Of a stretch of DNA of 64,000 bases, positions 60,500-64,000 are shown piece by piece. The DNA comes from Azolla caroliniana. Its lineage: Eukaryota; Plantae; Polypodiophyta. Location of the stretch: the NCBI GenBank assembly GCA_043228905.1, contig JBHGNT010000002.1:24552001-24616000 (forward strand), given 5' to 3'. Below the pieces are notes generated by a model that searched no databases, had not been told where the DNA came from, and was given only the letters and a program-made list of their open reading frames with translations. Position numbers and translations under genes: made by a program. Position 1 is the stretch's first letter, and the number at the start of each line of letters is the position of its first letter.

Positions 60500-62700
60500 G
60501 AAACCATAAGAAAATGTGAAAATTCACAAAAATGTTTAGCTACAAACCCTGCTCAAGAGCATTGAAAGAAAGATTAAAAAATTGTCACGAAAATACCGTG
60601 GATAAAGAGACTATGCAATGACTACTTGGGAGAATGCTTGAACAACAAGAATTCACTTAGAGTGGGTTGATTCAAGACAATGATATCCCCAAAATCTAAA
60701 CCAATTGAAAGATCGCATGTGTTGTGGGGCAACTTTAGGAACAAGACTAAATATCCCAAAATTCGTTCAAGAATGAAGTCTTGGGAAATGACTAGAGGTG
60801 TTGTTGTATCCTTTCCAAGGAGTACTTAGCATTGTTGCAATTCCAAAGTAAGTGGTTAGCTGATTTGGAACAAATTCTATATCTCATGCATCTTGCTGTT
60901 GCAATGTGAATTTGTTGGAGATTTATCCCAACCGGAAAAACCCCAAGTAAGCAACATGAAAAAGTTTATTTTATGGCAAATCAGTGGGCCAAATTCTTGT
61001 TGAATGCTTTTCCACTGAGTGGAATTTAACTACTATCTATAATTGATCACCATGTTGTTTTATGCATGGAGAAGGAAGAAATAACCGATATACCTTGTTG
61101 GCTATAATTTCGTTTAGAGGTAGAGTTGTGCGACGAATAGTCAATTTCTAGTCATATAAAGGATTTTGTGTCTCCAGTGGTGAAAAAGGCACTTGATCAT
61201 GGACCAAAGTTGTCACCAAACCACCTATACATGAGAAATTTCTCTTTGAGAATGACATAGTTTTTACCTATTTGCCCCCACACTAAACAAGATCAGGACC
61301 ATCATTTCTCATTGGAATCTAGACTTGATAAAGACCCTTTTTAGAAATAAAATGTAACTTTTTGAGTTCTTGATCCACCAATGTAGAAGGGATAAGAGGA
61401 GTCAAATGATTACTCTCCAATTGCATCAAATTAATTGATCTTGATCTCATTCTATTCCACTACATATGCTATTTGATTTCTTCCAATTTTGAATTAATTT
61501 TGTGGTAATAAAACCTTCATCTTACAAATATTACATATCACGAAGGTGATGGCCCAAGTTCCAAAGAAGTTTGATTTCATGCGTCTACACATACATCCAA
61601 CAACATGTTTTGCCTTCCAAACTACTTTATGGTCTCTAACATTATGTTTGAATATGCTCTTTGGACTAATTGTTAATTGAAGATTGAATTGCATATATAA
61701 TTTGTAAGTTGATTGAACTATTATTAATCTCAAATGTAGTGGCCAAGTTGCAAATTTCTAGTAACTTGGGTTTTGGAAAACAAAAAAATAAATAAAAGAA
61801 ATTCTAATAACTTAATTTTTATCTTCAGTTAATGCAATAACCATTTGCCTTGCTTGTTTGTGTTCTAGGCTCTAGCCTAGTAGATACCCAAGTGGCTTCT
61901 AGTTGATCTAGATTGATAATATCTAATGCTTATAAAAAGTTGTGCCACACATACACCTTGAGGGGTAGTGGATAATATCTAATGACAATAATATATTGTG
62001 TCACACATACACATCGAGGTGTAGTTGATATATCTAACGACAATTTAAGTTCTGCCACACAACACATTGAGGGGTAGTTGATATTATGTAATGACAATGA
62101 CTATAATAAGGCGTGCCACCGTGCCATGCATGCACATTGAGGGTTTGGAGTAAACAAGTAATTGTGTTGTCAAGGTTACATGATTGTAAAGCATCCATAG
62201 CAATGAGCAGGTGTGTGGATCATTGTGAGACAAAAAAAAGTATCATCAATGTAGGCCTGAATTGTAAAATGCTTACTATTGGACAATGGCAAAACTTGGA
62301 AAAAACCAACTTAAACTATTTTGTCCATTGGTAGAAGAAGTGGATGTGTTGCAATTGCAAATAAGATGGTACTTGGGGACAACCATGTCTTATTGATTTG
62401 AATGAGGTTTATGACTCTGTTACATATCCATAAAGAATACATGTTGATCTTTTTGGCGTAAGCAGATGATGACATTTGACCATTTTTGTCCAAATTCTAA
62501 TCTTACCATTGTTGACTCGATAAGGTCCTTTTGTATTGTGTCAGAGATTTTCCTGCATCAACTTCCATAGTAAGTATATATTATATTCTTTTGTATATTT
62601 TGCATATTCTATTCCATTGTTAGGATTTGCATTATTAGTAGTGATATGTGTCCCAGGTATAACCCATATTGGTTCATTTGGATTCATTTAACTTGAGGTT
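60500..62700 (-). mobile_element. Possible very decayed copia remnant
   Basis: Weak motif traces only, e.g. WKAKHVVG..SNFFGTWA (compare YKARLVAKG..DF.ETFA) near 61550-61620. Confidence 0.3.
61915..62145 (+). repeat. About 56-bp tandem repeat x4
   Basis: gataatatctaatg..ttgtgccacacatacac.ttgaggggtagt units at 61915, 61971, 62027, 62080. Confidence 0.85.
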
Positions 62701-63045
62701 CTTTACTTCTATTGGTTAACATTTTGGCCACTAGCTTGTAATTTCCCTGTTTGTATGTTAGGCCTTTGTTCGGCGAATATCTCACAAAACTTTCTTTTAG
62801 GAAAGAGTTTAATTAGACCTTTTGTCTAAGAGGATGCTATAGTTATTCCACAATGACTTGTTTATCATGCACAATAATGCATCTTTTAGCATATACCAAA
62901 GTTCACACACAGTTCTAAGGTGATTGCATTCCATCTTTAGGCTTCTCATTTCTCAAGACCTTTCAATGCTTTTGTAGTCCATCTAATGGGAAGGGTAATC
63001 CTAGCCTATTTGCTTCTCCTTAGGTAATCATGGGCTTGAACACGT

Positions 63046-63702
63046 TGTTGTGGAAATCCATGGCTTGCGGGTCAGCTCGGGCGGGACCACCGGGGTCTCA
63101 GACCGGGGAGAAAGGTGATGAGAGAATCAAGCTTCGTTGGTATCAACTACTACGACTAGGGCTCTGGCCTAGTTGTCATCTCTTCATGTCAATGGCTTGG
63201 CTTGTCAACTTCGTTTGGCTTGGTCAGTCAAACCAGATCGACTCTTAGTCATTCAGATGGGTCCCGCGGGCCCCCGACCATAGATACAACAACACATTTT
63301 ACATAGATACAACGCATTATGTATAACTATATGTATATATAAACGACATATTACATCCACGACATCGAGCCGAACGACAACAAATTGGGTACGACGAATA
63401 TCCTCTAGTGAGCACCCAATCGGGGAGCTCTCGAGCTCGCTCAACGGTTGGACCAAAAACTACCAAAACCTTGAGAGCGTTCGAGCTCTAGAAATATAGA
63501 GAACAAAAAAAAGCTATTGACCACAAACCCTAAGCCCCTAGAGAGGACTAAAACCTAAGAGAGAGAGAAAGACCAAAAACCGGGGAGGAGATAAGAAGAG
63601 CCCCTTCACCTCCCTTTATACTATATAGATCAAGGAGGGAGGGCCATTAGTAGTTACCCCACTGCCCAGTGCGTGTGCATGTGCACTAATGTACACATCA
63701 CA
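63046..63702 (-). mobile_element. Putative solo LTR
   Basis: TG..CA bounded CpG-rich island with minus-strand TATAAA and pyrimidine-rich leader; no convincing TSD found. Confidence 0.4.
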
Positions 63703-64000
63703 TTTACTCCGGACAACTCTTTTGTCCACTTCTGCACCCTTACATTTTCCGTTATTCTCTCTTTTATTCCTATGTACATTTTCTCATGTGCATTTGCAAG
63801 TCGTTGCACATCCTCGTTTTATTCGTTGTACCCGATTTTCTCACCGTTGCCGGAAATCTTCATGACAATGTGACAAAAGAATTTCTCGAGCACTTTAAAC
63901 CTCTTGAATTTTTACAACACTATCTCTAAATATTCTTGGAAAATAATCCACACATTTATTTTATTTTATTTAAAGAAGATTTTAAATAATCCCACACATT

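Overview
Eukaryotic land-plant nuclear DNA. The Tcn1/sushi-type chromovirus and (GA)n-rich intergenic DNA suggest a non-seed plant such as a fern or lycophyte (inference). The first 11 kb is a Ty1/copia element split inside its RT by a complete, apparently brand-new Ty3/gypsy chromovirus (2975-8770, minus strand, 469-bp LTRs with no difference seen by eye, CGGTT target-site duplication). That element shows three unusual RNA-level signals: a non-tRNA self-priming PBS, a GUUAAAC -1 frameshift cassette, and a tRNA-shaped Pol III promoter built into the LTR terminus. Five host genes follow: intronless arginine decarboxylase with an ADC-box-like 5'UTR hairpin, 20-exon aconitase whose intron 17 holds exon-derived hairpins with flipped loops, a divergent organellar HSP90 (minus strand), FKBP19, and an AhpC/TSA thioredoxin-like gene. 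Between them lie degenerate LINE, LTR, MITE and SINE-like remnants and local tandem duplications. All exon boundaries and alignments were made by eye.
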